Shown one piece after another: positions 10,524 through 19,894 of a stretch of DNA of 64,000 nt. The notes beneath the pieces were generated by a model. The model made no database searches and was not told where the DNA came from. It saw only the letters and a list, made by a program, of their open reading frames with translations. Each line of letters begins with the position of its first letter. Position 1 is the stretch's first letter. This DNA comes from a virus. The stretch is from the IMG/VR virus record IMGVR_UViG_3300023174_004352, positions 4,888 to 68,887 of that record; one strand, written 5' to 3'. A program made the translations under genes and the position numbers.

Positions 10524-11199
10524 CGATAAAAGGGTCTCTAACATCTTCAGGTTTTGGTTCTCCGTGGAACACACTTACTGCACAATGCTCTGGGATGTCC
10601 GGGTTCCTAATAGTTTTAAACAATCTTCTAGGAGTTCCAAAATCAATTTCATCTCGATCACGTATTTCCCATTTGTAACTCATGATATAATTTGTAGGCC
10701 AAAAGGTAATTCGTTCTTTAGCCAATTGCCAAATCCAATCTTGATCACCGTGTAGTTGTTGTGCCCGTTGAAAGTTTTTTTGGAATTGTTCAAAAATATC
10801 ACTGTTAGTTCCGCTAGGCCAACTCATTACAGAACTGTTTAGCATGTTCCATGACGGATGAAATCTTCTATTAAAATCTCTAATGCCAAGGAATTCTTTT
10901 GAATATCCTTTAACTAATATATCTAGGTTTCCGTGTATTACAACGTCAAGATCAAAATATAATATTCGTCCTTCCAAATTCAAAGAAGGATCAAACATAT
11001 AAACTTTGTGCCACCAAGGTCTTGCAAATCCTCTATTGGGTTGCACAATGCTAATAACTCCGTCTATGGGTTTTGAATCGTCTGTGAGACAATAGAACTT
11101 ATAGGGTTCTGTAAGATGTCGTGACACCATGTTACGTAGTTTCTCAACATATTCGGGACCATACTTGGATCCAAATCTAACGCATAAAACAGATATCAT
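10507..11199 (-). CDS. GT-A fold glycosyltransferase-like protein
   Basis: VLCVRFGSKYGPEYV, LYFDLDVVI (DxD), NSSVM, GDQDWI, FHGEPKP motifs. Confidence 0.75.
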   Translation of the reverse strand: MISVLCVRFGSKYGPEYVEKLRNMVSRHLTEPYKFYCLTDDSKPIDGVISIVQPNRGFARPWWHKVYMFDPSLNLEGRILYFDLDVVIHGNLDILVKGYSKEFLGIRDFNRRFHPSWNMLNSSVMSWPSGTNSDIFEQFQKNFQRAQQLHGDQDWIWQLAKERITFWPTNYIMSYKWEIRDRDEIDFGTPRRLFKTIRNPDIPEHCAVSVFHGEPKPEDVRDPFIVDNWQ

Positions 11200-11202
11200 A
11201 AA

Positions 11203-11394
11203 TTACCAATGTCTAATAGTGTTTGCTATAATAAAACAACAGGTTACAACGTGTATAATAACCCAAAATGTTTTAAAGAATAAAGCCCATCGAGCCTCTT
11301 TCATTGTAAGGATGGGAACATCCGGTCTGTCATCATCGGTGTGTCCCATCAAATGCCCAGTTGCCCGAGCCCAAATCTTTTCTACTGTGTTCAT
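11203..11394 (-). CDS. Small membrane protein
   Basis: 63 aa with one C-terminal hydrophobic helix; coupled to the queD stop. Confidence 0.6.
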   Translation of the reverse strand: MNTVEKIWARATGHLMGHTDDDRPDVPILTMKEARWALFFKTFWVIIHVVTCCFIIANTIRHW

Positions 11395-11843
11395 TATGCC
11401 TCGTAGATTGCACTATTGGCCCCATGTTCTGCGCACTCAACTCGTACACAATAACAACGATCGCCAGTCTTTTCTCTGATCAAAGCGTCGGCAAAATTGA
11501 AAGCATGTTCAGCAAACTTCTCTGCTCCTACGCCATCAAAGATTCGGATCTCTGCTAGATCCAACGCTTCTAGTTCTTGGAACTTGGCCAAGTGTGGATC
11601 ATTTTTATCCAAGGCCAATTTGTGATCAAAGTGATCTTCCAGCCATGCCTTGAGCGGTTTGAGTCCGCCAAAGTCTACTGCCCAGTTTTTATTGTCTAAG
11701 CTATCACACCCAAAGGTGAATGTGAATGCTAGACTGTAGCCGTGTAGCAGGTGACAGTGACTGTGATCTGCGTTAGGTTGACGGAATACCGCTGACAGAC
11801 CAATATTGTGTCCGTAATGTTTTGTTGAAAGAAATTTTGCCAT
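11394..11843 (-). CDS. queD: 6-pyruvoyl-tetrahydropterin synthase/QueD-like T-fold enzyme
   Basis: HCHLLHGY, VDFGGLK, FDHK, GAEKFAE motifs; AGGAG RBS. Confidence 0.85.
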   Translation of the reverse strand: MAKFLSTKHYGHNIGLSAVFRQPNADHSHCHLLHGYSLAFTFTFGCDSLDNKNWAVDFGGLKPLKAWLEDHFDHKLALDKNDPHLAKFQELEALDLAEIRIFDGVGAEKFAEHAFNFADALIREKTGDRCYCVRVECAEHGANSAIYEA

Positions 11844-11925
11844 CTCTAGTCTCCTTTGTAAGGTAGCAAGTTTGACGACATGCAGAGTTTATAAAGCGGG
11901 ATGAATGACGTAGAAGTCCGCTATT
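11844..11925 (-). promoter_or_regulatory. Structured 5' UTR of queD (candidate riboswitch)
   Basis: AGCGG/CCGCU stem at the predicted transcript start, followed by UUAUAAA and a segment complementary to the loop. Confidence 0.45.
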
Positions 11926-11930
11926 GATAT

Positions 11931-11959
11931 AGTTTACAATCTCTGTTAGAACTTGTCAA
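11931..11959 (-). promoter_or_regulatory. sigma70-type promoter TTGACA-N17-TAAACT for queD
   Basis: Hexamers and 17-nt spacer read directly. Confidence 0.8.
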
Positions 11960-12533
11960 GCGTTTTAAATTCAACATTTGCCAATTTCCAACTATCTGGT
12001 AAAGACCAGTCTGCGTTATTGTACACCATGAAATATTTAGTAGGGTGATGCTTGAATACCATTGATACTTGGTAGATCCAATAACTTGGATCAACTGCGG
12101 CACTTCCAATCTTTAGATAATTTTCAGTACCTTTATACACATTGTTTACATGAGAGTTATTACCATGTAGATCAAATCCCACAACAGAAATACAATCAAA
12201 ATCTAATTGACATGCTAATAATAATGCCAACGGACCACTGCCCCAATGCCATATGTCGTCTTCTCTATTGATACCTTGATAGGGCAATTGATCAATGGTA
12301 AACACGTTGGGGTATGCAGTAAATTCTTCTCGCCATTGTGAGCGTGTGTAAATTTTGGTGTTAGAGGAGTTTGGATTTTTTAATGCTTCGTAGACCATTC
12401 GTCTATCGCAACATACAAGAAAGGGCACAATCATATTACGATGGATAGCATTGCACCCTATTAAATTTGTTCTATCAGTGAAGTCTACAGCAGTTCTACT
12501 TTCACCGTTACCGATGACAATAGCGGAATTCAT
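11946..12533 (-). CDS. MptE/DUF115 (sialyltransferase-like fold) protein
   Basis: AIVIGNGESR, IGCNA, GSGPLALLLAC...VVGFDL motifs; start moved to MNSAIVIG. Confidence 0.6.
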   Translation of the reverse strand: MNSAIVIGNGESRTAVDFTDRTNLIGCNAIHRNMIVPFLVCCDRRMVYEALKNPNSSNTKIYTRSQWREEFTAYPNVFTIDQLPYQGINREDDIWHWGSGPLALLLACQLDFDCISVVGFDLHGNNSHVNNVYKGTENYLKIGSAAVDPSYWIYQVSMVFKHHPTKYFMVYNNADWSLPDSWKLANVEFKTLDKF

Positions 12534-13417
12534 TAGTTGCCTTGTTCTTTGATCTCGCCAAATGGATTCCACTGTCCTGGGTTGCCTGCTCTAGTGCATA
12601 CCCAACCTACAGTTGTGCCAACACGTGGATTTGAATTCCATACTATGTCGCCTGCGGTATAAGATCCTTCTGAAGGGGCTTCTGTTGCATACAATTGAAT
12701 ATGTCCGTTTAATCTTACAGGACCGTTGACATGTAGATCAACAGCTGGATCAGGCACTTTCACGCCTACTGCTAATTTTCCATGTACTGTAACAGTGATA
12801 GGATTTTTAGTTGGATTACCAAGGTCAATGTTTCCGCCGGACTTGATGGTAATTCTAGGAGTATCATCAGTAACAATATCGAAATTGGTACTAGCAAAGG
12901 TACCAATCATTCCGTGCATAGTATCAGCACGAGTACCGATCATAACTTCAACAGCCATGTCCGCTACGCTTAGAGCAGCATTTGGTTCTTCAGTTCCAAG
13001 ACCTAAACGATCAACGGAAGCATTGTAGAACATGTACTGATTGACAGTTAGATGTCCGTCAACTAACAGGCCTTTTAATCTGCCAACTTCTCTAAGATTA
13101 CTTTTAGATACTGTAGGGCCTAGCTCTTTGCTATCAAGAACTTTAGTGCCGTCAATCAATAGGCTCTTTTCTTTTGCTAAATTGATGCTTTCAGAAGAAA
13201 AGAACTGATCTGGATTACCGTTAAAAACAAACTGTTTAGTGTAGCCCTGTCCGCTAAAAATCATACCCTTACCGTAGTTGGTATCTGATTTCTTTGCTTT
13301 GAATTCTAGGAATCTAAGATCCTGGAACACCACATCTTGAGCGGTTTTTGTAGCCGCAAGCTCATGTAGTGCTTGGCTAATAATGTCGATTGGGTTTGGC
13401 GTAGTTTGATCGTTCAT
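12533..13417 (-). CDS. Virion structural/tail-associated protein
   Basis: RLGLGTEEPNAALSV and LAVGVKVPDPAVDLHVNG fibre-type repeats; GDIVWNSNP...GWVC C-terminus; TAAATA-N5-ATG at 13417. Confidence 0.7.
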   Translation of the reverse strand: MNDQTTPNPIDIISQALHELAATKTAQDVVFQDLRFLEFKAKKSDTNYGKGMIFSGQGYTKQFVFNGNPDQFFSSESINLAKEKSLLIDGTKVLDSKELGPTVSKSNLREVGRLKGLLVDGHLTVNQYMFYNASVDRLGLGTEEPNAALSVADMAVEVMIGTRADTMHGMIGTFASTNFDIVTDDTPRITIKSGGNIDLGNPTKNPITVTVHGKLAVGVKVPDPAVDLHVNGPVRLNGHIQLYATEAPSEGSYTAGDIVWNSNPRVGTTVGWVCTRAGNPGQWNPFGEIKEQGN

Positions 13418-13448
13418 AACGATATTTATCAAACTACGCCAAACTACA

Positions 13449-14624
13449 TCATACGACTTTGAGTAAAATAATGTCCTCGTTGATACGGCCGTTCATTTTA
13501 GTATCTACAGCATTGATATCTTCTAAGAACTTGCGTAACTGTACTTTGCCGCTATCTTTAAAGGCTTTGAGCTGTTCTGCAGGTTTACGCAGAGTTTTCT
13601 GTACACTTTTAAACTCGTTAAACCCTGTAATAGTAGTACCTTTAATACCCAACTCTTTGTACTCGTCAGCAACATACTTGCCTAACTTTCTAGATTTAGT
13701 ATTGTAAGTCCACAGTTCTTTAGTACCAATAATATCTGCAGGATTTACACTGACCAATTTAAGTGTTTCATCGGTCTTTTTGTACTTGAGTTTAGCAACC
13801 AGTTTCTCTTTAGGTACAGATTTTTTAGCACGTGGCTTACGATTTACTTTGGCTTCTTGTCCAAGCATGTCGCAGGCACTGACAATCTCTTGATAAAATG
13901 CCGTGATCTTTTTCAAGTGTGCTTTGCTTAAATGACTGTAGGCTTCTTTAAGCTGTTCATCTTTGGTAGTGGCTGCTTCAATCAATTCATCTAGATCGCG
14001 AGCATAAAAGTCTTTGATAATACGAGCATGAGCAGCTTTAGCTTCTTTAGCTTTCAACAAGTTTAAAACTTTAAATGCCTTTGGATCAAATGTTTCTGGA
14101 TCAGTTTGAAATGCTTCAATTGCTGTTTCAATTTCTTCAGTCATTTTGTAACTAGCTTCACGAACACGTTCTTGAATACTAGGAACGTATACATCTGGTT
14201 TAGCTTCAACAACAACGTCACTGTCGTCAATGTCATCTTTGCCTTCTGCTACAATTTTGCTAATAGAATTGGCCAACCAAACAGCAGTACTACGACCTTC
14301 GTTAAAGTCTGCACGTACAGGAGGCATACCTTTTAACAAGCAGGCAGCAATAGCACCTACAGTGGTACCGCAACGATTGTCTTTGGTTTTTTTGAATTCT
14401 GTAATTTGATCTTTGGTGTAACCGTTACGGCTCATCCAATCAATAACTTTAGGTTTGAGTTCTTTGCCACCTGACTCTAAACGATACCAAGTCATTGCAG
14501 TATGGAAGTGACGTAAGAATTGGCTTTCATCCCAAGCCTCATGCCCATCCCACTTTGGAGATAGGTCACGTCCTTTAGAGGCACGGGCTTCTGCTAAATG
14601 TTTTGCTGTGGACTTTGTTGCCAT
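13449..14624 (-). CDS. Conserved T4-like phage hypothetical protein, 391 aa (early)
   Basis: Long ORF, AGGAG RBS, perfect sigma70 promoter upstream. Confidence 0.8.
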   Translation of the reverse strand: MATKSTAKHLAEARASKGRDLSPKWDGHEAWDESQFLRHFHTAMTWYRLESGGKELKPKVIDWMSRNGYTKDQITEFKKTKDNRCGTTVGAIAACLLKGMPPVRADFNEGRSTAVWLANSISKIVAEGKDDIDDSDVVVEAKPDVYVPSIQERVREASYKMTEEIETAIEAFQTDPETFDPKAFKVLNLLKAKEAKAAHARIIKDFYARDLDELIEAATTKDEQLKEAYSHLSKAHLKKITAFYQEIVSACDMLGQEAKVNRKPRAKKSVPKEKLVAKLKYKKTDETLKLVSVNPADIIGTKELWTYNTKSRKLGKYVADEYKELGIKGTTITGFNEFKSVQKTLRKPAEQLKAFKDSGKVQLRKFLEDINAVDTKMNGRINEDIILLKVV

Positions 14625-14656
14625 TTTATCACTCCTAATAATTAAACAATACTTAT

Positions 14657-14685
14657 ATTATAACACCGATTGCCATGTTTGTCAA
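14657..14685 (-). promoter_or_regulatory. Consensus sigma70 promoter TTGACA-N17-TATAAT
   Basis: Perfect hexamers, 17-nt spacer. Confidence 0.9.
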
Positions 14686-14882
14686 GTGGCATCATTTTGG
14701 AATTGTTTAATTGCAACACTATCGCCTTCTTCATTTTCTTGATAAACTGTAGCACTTATGAAGCCTTCCTCAAGACTTTTTTTGGCTAGATCAAATGCTT
14801 CTTTTTGGCTAGCAGTTGTATCAATTAGTTCGAGTTGGCCGGTATCATCTTCTGCCCAAACTTCATAAAGCATATAGCTCAT
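14682..14882 (-). CDS. Hypothetical protein
   Basis: 66 aa, overlaps the upstream stop. Confidence 0.7.
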   Translation of the reverse strand: MSYMLYEVWAEDDTGQLELIDTTASQKEAFDLAKKSLEEGFISATVYQENEEGDSVAIKQFQNDAT

Positions 14883-15415
14883 TCTTCATCATCCCACGGT
14901 GTAGGGAGCCATCCTAGTTGTTGTAGATCCATTCTAATTTCATCGGTTACTGTACCTTCTGGAACATATCCTTTGTCCCCGTGTACGTCTCCGTTACCCA
15001 ATCCTTCGTTCCCAATTCCGCTACAGTACCAATCAATGTAGTCACCTTCTTGTCGCATGTCTGCCACAATGCCGCCTGCTGATCTCCAGCTAGCACTCCA
15101 ACGTTGATTTTTTAGGATAGGTAATACATCTAGTTTGATAAACTGCATGTTACACATGGCAGCATATAGATTCTGAGCATAGGTCTCGGAGTTTCGAACT
15201 TTGGCACACATCCATTCGCTAATGCGCAGGTCGTATTCCATATTGTCTTTTTGCCATTCTGGATCTACGAGATTGGCTTCGTCTTGCTCTTTAGCTGACT
15301 TCCAAAAATTTTCATAGTACTCTGGAATTTCGTCTCGGCCATCTTCTTTGGCACGTTCCTTTGCTTGTTCGAGCTGAAAGGTATGCCGTTCGGGACTCTT
15401 ACTTACATTAGTCAT
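14879..15415 (-). CDS. Hypothetical phage protein
   Basis: 178-aa ORF coupled to neighbours. Confidence 0.75.
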   Translation of the reverse strand: MTNVSKSPERHTFQLEQAKERAKEDGRDEIPEYYENFWKSAKEQDEANLVDPEWQKDNMEYDLRISEWMCAKVRNSETYAQNLYAAMCNMQFIKLDVLPILKNQRWSASWRSAGGIVADMRQEGDYIDWYCSGIGNEGLGNGDVHGDKGYVPEGTVTDEIRMDLQQLGWLPTPWDDEE

Positions 15416-15792
15416 ACACAGTCTTGTTCTTCAGCCAGCTTGGCAGCGGCTGATTTTTCTTTGCGATCATTTCTAAATTTTTCAACATCATCTACTGCAC
15501 TCAAAAGAGTGTTAGCATAATTGTACGCTTGCTGGCGAGTTAGATGTACACTTGATTCTGTATCAACATACCCTTTGGTTAGCAATGTCCAAATATGATC
15601 CCAACGTTTCTTGGACCAAAAGTTTGTTTTACCTGTGGTGTACACAGTAACAATAATATCATGGTCATCTGCTTCAACCCAAACATTGTGATTGTGAGTT
15701 TCGTCACCACAATTGCAAGGTACTCGATAGACTCTCGAGTCACCCCAGTCGTTGGTCTTCATGATGCCTTCTGCTGGAATTTGATTTTTCAT
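15412..15792 (-). CDS. Hypothetical phage protein
   Basis: 126-aa ORF with CxC...H motif, coupled to neighbours. Confidence 0.7.
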   Translation of the reverse strand: MKNQIPAEGIMKTNDWGDSRVYRVPCNCGDETHNHNVWVEADDHDIIVTVYTTGKTNFWSKKRWDHIWTLLTKGYVDTESSVHLTRQQAYNYANTLLSAVDDVEKFRNDRKEKSAAAKLAEEQDCV

Positions 15793-16007
15793 TGTACTAC
15801 AGGCTTTTCAAAAGTGTGAACTTTGTTTCTACTAGCTGAGATGCTGTCAACCATTTGATGGTATTCTTCGTCGGTCAACCCGGTTCTGTAAATGCTCAAT
15901 GCTTGAGCCATCATAACCGCGGCCACTTCCATTGGGCCGTATACTCCAACCATGTGGTCTGTATACTCTAAATAGTTATGGTATAGTTTTTCTAAGTTGT
16001 CAGTCAT
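15789..16007 (-). CDS. Hypothetical protein
   Basis: 72-aa ORF coupled to neighbours. Confidence 0.7.
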   Translation of the reverse strand: MTDNLEKLYHNYLEYTDHMVGVYGPMEVAAVMMAQALSIYRTGLTDEEYHQMVDSISASRNKVHTFEKPVVQ

Positions 16008-16170
16008 TTTTTGATCTCTGATGTTTATATTCTCTCTTGAGCCAGTACTTATATGTGTTCCAATATTCTTTTATGTTATAGGGTTTTTCTCCGTATGTCA
16101 AGTGTTCTTCAACATTTTCTGTCCAAAGTTCATGCACCCACATGCGAAACGGTTTCATTTGCTGACTCAT
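16000..16170 (-). CDS. Small hypothetical protein, 56 aa (not in ORF track)
   Basis: MSQQMKPFRMWVHELW...YWLKREYKHQRSKND; AGGA RBS; fills the operon gap. Confidence 0.65.
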   Translation of the reverse strand: MSQQMKPFRMWVHELWTENVEEHLTYGEKPYNIKEYWNTYKYWLKREYKHQRSKND

Positions 16171-16178
16171 AATAATTC

Positions 16179-16664
16179 CTATGCTGGACTAAAGGGCCAC
16201 GAGTTTGACGGCTCGGGCCTTGTTTTTAATTCAACTTCTGGCTCCACAACGGTGCCATCGCTTTCACAAAGACTAACTTGAAATGGAGCAAGTATTTCTA
16301 CCGCACAATCTTCTTCCTGCCAATCATGTTCGCCGTCGTAGAGCCAACCTGCCCCACCTTCGTAATAGAGCTCTTTGATTTCTTGTTGCTCCATTTCGTC
16401 AATATCGTCACTGAAATCAAACTCAACACTGATGCTGTCGTCAAACTCACAGCCCCATCCTGCATCTGGTTTGGCATAGGCAATTTTAGAATCCTTGTAC
16501 GGCAAGTTACAATCCATATCTTCTTCGATAAAGCCTTGTCCCCAACGATATGTTTCGTCTAGGTTAAACCAACTAACTGTACCATCCGCATTTTCACGGA
16601 ACATCTCTACGTGATAGATAACGCTTTTCTTTTCAAGAGGTTTAATTAGATACACTCTACTCAT
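16179..16664 (-). CDS. Acidic hypothetical phage protein
   Basis: Start MSRVYLIK with AAGGA RBS. Confidence 0.75.
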   Translation of the reverse strand: MSRVYLIKPLEKKSVIYHVEMFRENADGTVSWFNLDETYRWGQGFIEEDMDCNLPYKDSKIAYAKPDAGWGCEFDDSISVEFDFSDDIDEMEQQEIKELYYEGGAGWLYDGEHDWQEEDCAVEILAPFQVSLCESDGTVVEPEVELKTRPEPSNSWPFSPA

Positions 16665-16674
16665 GATTATTTCC

Positions 16675-17505
16675 TTATGTCCAAAGTGATTCACGAATTT
16701 TGATAAGACGAATCATCATGGCTTCGTCTTCTTTAGTATAGGCTGCTTCAATCTTTTGTAGCAACTTGTGTGCCTTATCGCTGGCCTTTTTAAGCACTGG
16801 ATCTTTCTCAGCACTGAAACTTAGTCTGCCGCCATTGGCCATACGGCTTGCTTCACAGGCCGCAGTCCAACCACTTGCTTCGTAGGGATCGGGACGATTG
16901 CGATAGGTCACAGTCCACCAAGTGTACAGTTCGATAATTTCCTTAGCAGCTTTGGCTTGATATGTAGGAACAGCTTCAGACTTTTTGTCCTCGTCTAAAA
17001 ATTCTTCGTTGGTCAAAGTGCTTGCCCATTTGAGATATTCCATACCCGCTTCTGGACAGCGCCATGTGCGCCAACGTAACCATCCACTACGCCACCATGG
17101 CACTTCAAACTTAGTCTTAGCATCATCGCTCCAAATGCAGTGATGCCACGCTTGTTCTATTTCGACAAAGTCAACGAGTTCGTTAAACAGGCATGGAAGA
17201 AACCTGTTACCAACATCCTGCCATTGGCCGGGCTTGATGTCCCTAGGGTGAGCAGTGAGACTATGACTGCGACTAACCCAACGGTTATTGATATAGTAAC
17301 GTACATCATTTAATTTATCCGGAATGTAGTAAACAAAATTTTGAAGATGGTCTAGCCCTTCTTCAGCGATCCAATAACGAATTGGATATGTAGTCTCAGC
17401 AGTTTCACGCCAAGCGTCCCACTCTTCGCTGGTACCACACCCAAGTTTGGGTGTGCCGCGCAACCGATCTGCAAATTTTGAACATGACCAATAATTACTA
17501 CGCAT
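16675..17505 (-). CDS. Trp-rich hypothetical phage protein (early)
   Basis: 276-aa ORF downstream of a perfect sigma70 promoter. Confidence 0.8.
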   Translation of the reverse strand: MRSNYWSCSKFADRLRGTPKLGCGTSEEWDAWRETAETTYPIRYWIAEEGLDHLQNFVYYIPDKLNDVRYYINNRWVSRSHSLTAHPRDIKPGQWQDVGNRFLPCLFNELVDFVEIEQAWHHCIWSDDAKTKFEVPWWRSGWLRWRTWRCPEAGMEYLKWASTLTNEEFLDEDKKSEAVPTYQAKAAKEIIELYTWWTVTYRNRPDPYEASGWTAACEASRMANGGRLSFSAEKDPVLKKASDKAHKLLQKIEAAYTKEDEAMMIRLIKIRESLWT

Positions 17506-17541
17506 TGTTATTCCTTAAAAATTATTCTGCTGAACACTTTA

Positions 17542-17570
17542 ATTATACAATCTTTTAGAAAACATGTCAA
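17542..17570 (-). promoter_or_regulatory. Consensus sigma70 promoter TTGACA-N17-TATAAT
   Basis: Perfect hexamers, 17-nt spacer. Confidence 0.9.
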
Positions 17571-17587
17571 GACAATTCAAAAATGAA

Positions 17588-17971
17588 TCAAAATCTTTTT
17601 TGGTATCCTGCCAAATTGAGCATGACGCTGTATTGCTCGTAGGCCTTTTTAACTGCTTGATTGGTATTACGATAGTGTGCTTCTTCACGCTCTTTATCCA
17701 TTAGCACTTCAAACAGATCCACAGGCCCACGATTGTGATCAGCGTAATTGTAAAATCGCCTTTCCATTTCTACTAGCGTTTTCAATCGGCTTTCTGGAAT
17801 TTGGAGTGTGTAAAGTTTTTCAGTTTGGTATTCGATAATATCATTTCGGATAATATCTGCACGATCTGGGTTTGTAAAAAAGGTAGGCGGACGATACCTA
17901 GCATGTCGCTGAGTATCGTTCACTACTTTAACTTCGTAGTTGGAGCAGAATTTTTCAAGCTCTTGGCTCAT
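17588..17971 (-). CDS. Hypothetical phage protein
   Basis: 127-aa ORF coupled to the upstream stop. Confidence 0.75.
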   Translation of the reverse strand: MSQELEKFCSNYEVKVVNDTQRHARYRPPTFFTNPDRADIIRNDIIEYQTEKLYTLQIPESRLKTLVEMERRFYNYADHNRGPVDLFEVLMDKEREEAHYRNTNQAVKKAYEQYSVMLNLAGYQKRF

Positions 17972-18129
17972 TACCGACCACGTCCTGCAGATTTTTTAGT
18001 GGGCTTGTTAGTGGTAACTTGATTGCCCTGTATGCCCTTATCGGCATCTTTGGTTTTCTTTTTACCACCGGTAATCATTGCCGCCTTCTTTTTTTCTAAC
18101 GCTGCTTTTAAAAAGTCACTGGTTGCCAT
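17971..18129 (-). CDS. Small basic protein, 52 aa (not in ORF track)
   Basis: MATSDFLKAALEKKKAAM...KKSAGRGR; AGGAG RBS. Confidence 0.7.
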   Translation of the reverse strand: MATSDFLKAALEKKKAAMITGGKKKTKDADKGIQGNQVTTNKPTKKSAGRGR

Positions 18130-18137
18130 ATTATCTC

Positions 18138-18806
18138 CTAGTGTGAAATAAGATCGTTAGCCATTGGAAAGATAGTAGCAATTACACTAGCTACCATTCT
18201 GGCTACTTCTTGATGCTCTAATTGTGTGCCGTTAGCTGAACGTAATTCAATAAAATGAATCCATGAACGCAATGTACCGTTCATGTACAAACGGCTTACG
18301 GTATTGCCTTCTGGAAGAATAGCACGAGCCTGTTCTTTAGCAATACCACGTTCAATAGCTTCTGCATAAGTTGATTTAACAGTTTCAATAATGAACTTCT
18401 GTTTAGCGTCCCACCATGCCTGTAATTCTATATCGTCAGTTAGAATACTGTTCTGTCTATTTTTGGTATCCTGAAGACGTGCTTCACGAACAACAAAGTC
18501 TAGATCTTTTGTTGGATCAGCATAACGCTGACTAAACTCTTGGAAACTAAAACTGCGATGACGCAAGATTTGACGGGCGATATCTCGAGTCGTTGTAATT
18601 TCTAAACAAGCTGATACCATCTCGAGTGGCGACCAGTGTTGATGCTTGATGAGATACTTGATCAATTTCTCGCTGGTTTCGGAGTTATATTGATTGCTTG
18701 GGTTCGAAACTCTTGCGCAAAATGCAATAAGTTCTTGTACATCATCAATTCCTCGTTGTGCATATTCTTTCGCAGGTTGCGAGTAGGATAGTAGTGTTAC
18801 ATTCAT
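18138..18806 (-). CDS. thyX: Flavin-dependent thymidylate synthase
   Basis: HWSPLE and RHRSFSFQEFSQRY signature. Confidence 0.96.
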   Translation of the reverse strand: MNVTLLSYSQPAKEYAQRGIDDVQELIAFCARVSNPSNQYNSETSEKLIKYLIKHQHWSPLEMVSACLEITTTRDIARQILRHRSFSFQEFSQRYADPTKDLDFVVREARLQDTKNRQNSILTDDIELQAWWDAKQKFIIETVKSTYAEAIERGIAKEQARAILPEGNTVSRLYMNGTLRSWIHFIELRSANGTQLEHQEVARMVASVIATIFPMANDLISH

Positions 18807-18815
18807 TTTTATTCC

Positions 18816-19358
18816 TTAGATCATTATATCAAAATTTACTGCGCATCGAGGACCGTTCTTAGGTATGCCCCCGCCGTGGTACATGGTACCGTCAAACATT
18901 AAAATTCGTCCTCGCTTGGGCGAAACACGTTTTACAATTTGATTATTCTTGTTAAAGATAACAGTATCTCCGTCTGCATCATTTACATAGTATAACACAA
19001 CCGTATGGGGGTAGGGCAAGTCTACATGGGGTGCATAATGCTCTAAATCAGTTTCATAGGGCATCAATAGAAAAATTCTTGCAACAAGGATTTCTTTCAT
19101 AACCTTGCCAATCTCTCCACAGGCCAATTGAGGTATCAACCCAAAGTTAGGAAGATGCTCTGAAATGGTTGTGGATGATTTTAATAGATGTACAAAGCTC
19201 AACGGCGCATATGATTTCTCAACGGCCGTGTCTTCGTATTTGCATTTGAGATTTATAATGGGGTGCATGGCCTTATCACCACTGCGCCCCAGTATACTCA
19301 ACTCATAGAAGTCTTGTAAATGTTCTGGGACTAGATTGTCAAAAACATGTACGGTCAC
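18816..19358 (-). CDS. 2OG-Fe(II) oxygenase
   Basis: PHVD...VLYYVNDADGDT...PKRGR...FDG..YH...R motifs. Confidence 0.85.
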   Translation of the reverse strand: MTVHVFDNLVPEHLQDFYELSILGRSGDKAMHPIINLKCKYEDTAVEKSYAPLSFVHLLKSSTTISEHLPNFGLIPQLACGEIGKVMKEILVARIFLLMPYETDLEHYAPHVDLPYPHTVVLYYVNDADGDTVIFNKNNQIVKRVSPKRGRILMFDGTMYHGGGIPKNGPRCAVNFDIMI

Positions 19359-19873
19359 TTTTGTTCAACATTTTCTTCAATGAAGCAAAGGCTTTCAAGA
19401 GTTTTATAATGCTCGTAGGCCTTTTTCAATGCGGCAAACTTTTCGAGTTTCTGTTGATCCGGAATTAGGATAGCTAGGCGTTCTTCTACCTTTTCCATAA
19501 AAGTTTTAAGACTACGATCCCCAATTTTGATATCGCTATTTTCAGGAACTTGAACACCAACGTTATTACTGCCCCAGTTGTAGCCAGTACCGGTGGTATA
19601 TGTTGTACCTGTGCCAGTAGTGTAGCATGTACCAGTTGTTGTGTTCCAGTTGATGTGGCAATTCTTGCCGATAATGCCACCAACCGTTGATCCTGGCAAA
19701 GTGATAGTAGAGATATTATTGTAATTTAAATTACTTATATCGACACTAGTCAGCCCGCTTAGGTCGATGCTGCTCGAACCAGATGCACCAGTGTATGAAA
19801 CAGTGATACCATCTTCCAGTGTTGTGTCAGCAGATTCAGCTTCCTCCGATGTTAAAACAATTGTGTCGTCCAT
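19355..19873 (-). CDS. Hypothetical Thr/Gly-rich phage protein
   Basis: C-terminal VEERLAIL.PD..KLEKF.ALKKAYEHYK helical motif. Confidence 0.7.
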   Translation of the reverse strand: MDDTIVLTSEEAESADTTLEDGITVSYTGASGSSSIDLSGLTSVDISNLNYNNISTITLPGSTVGGIIGKNCHINWNTTTGTCYTTGTGTTYTTGTGYNWGSNNVGVQVPENSDIKIGDRSLKTFMEKVEERLAILIPDQQKLEKFAALKKAYEHYKTLESLCFIEENVEQK

Positions 19874-19894
19874 ATAGACTCCTGTGAAATGGCT

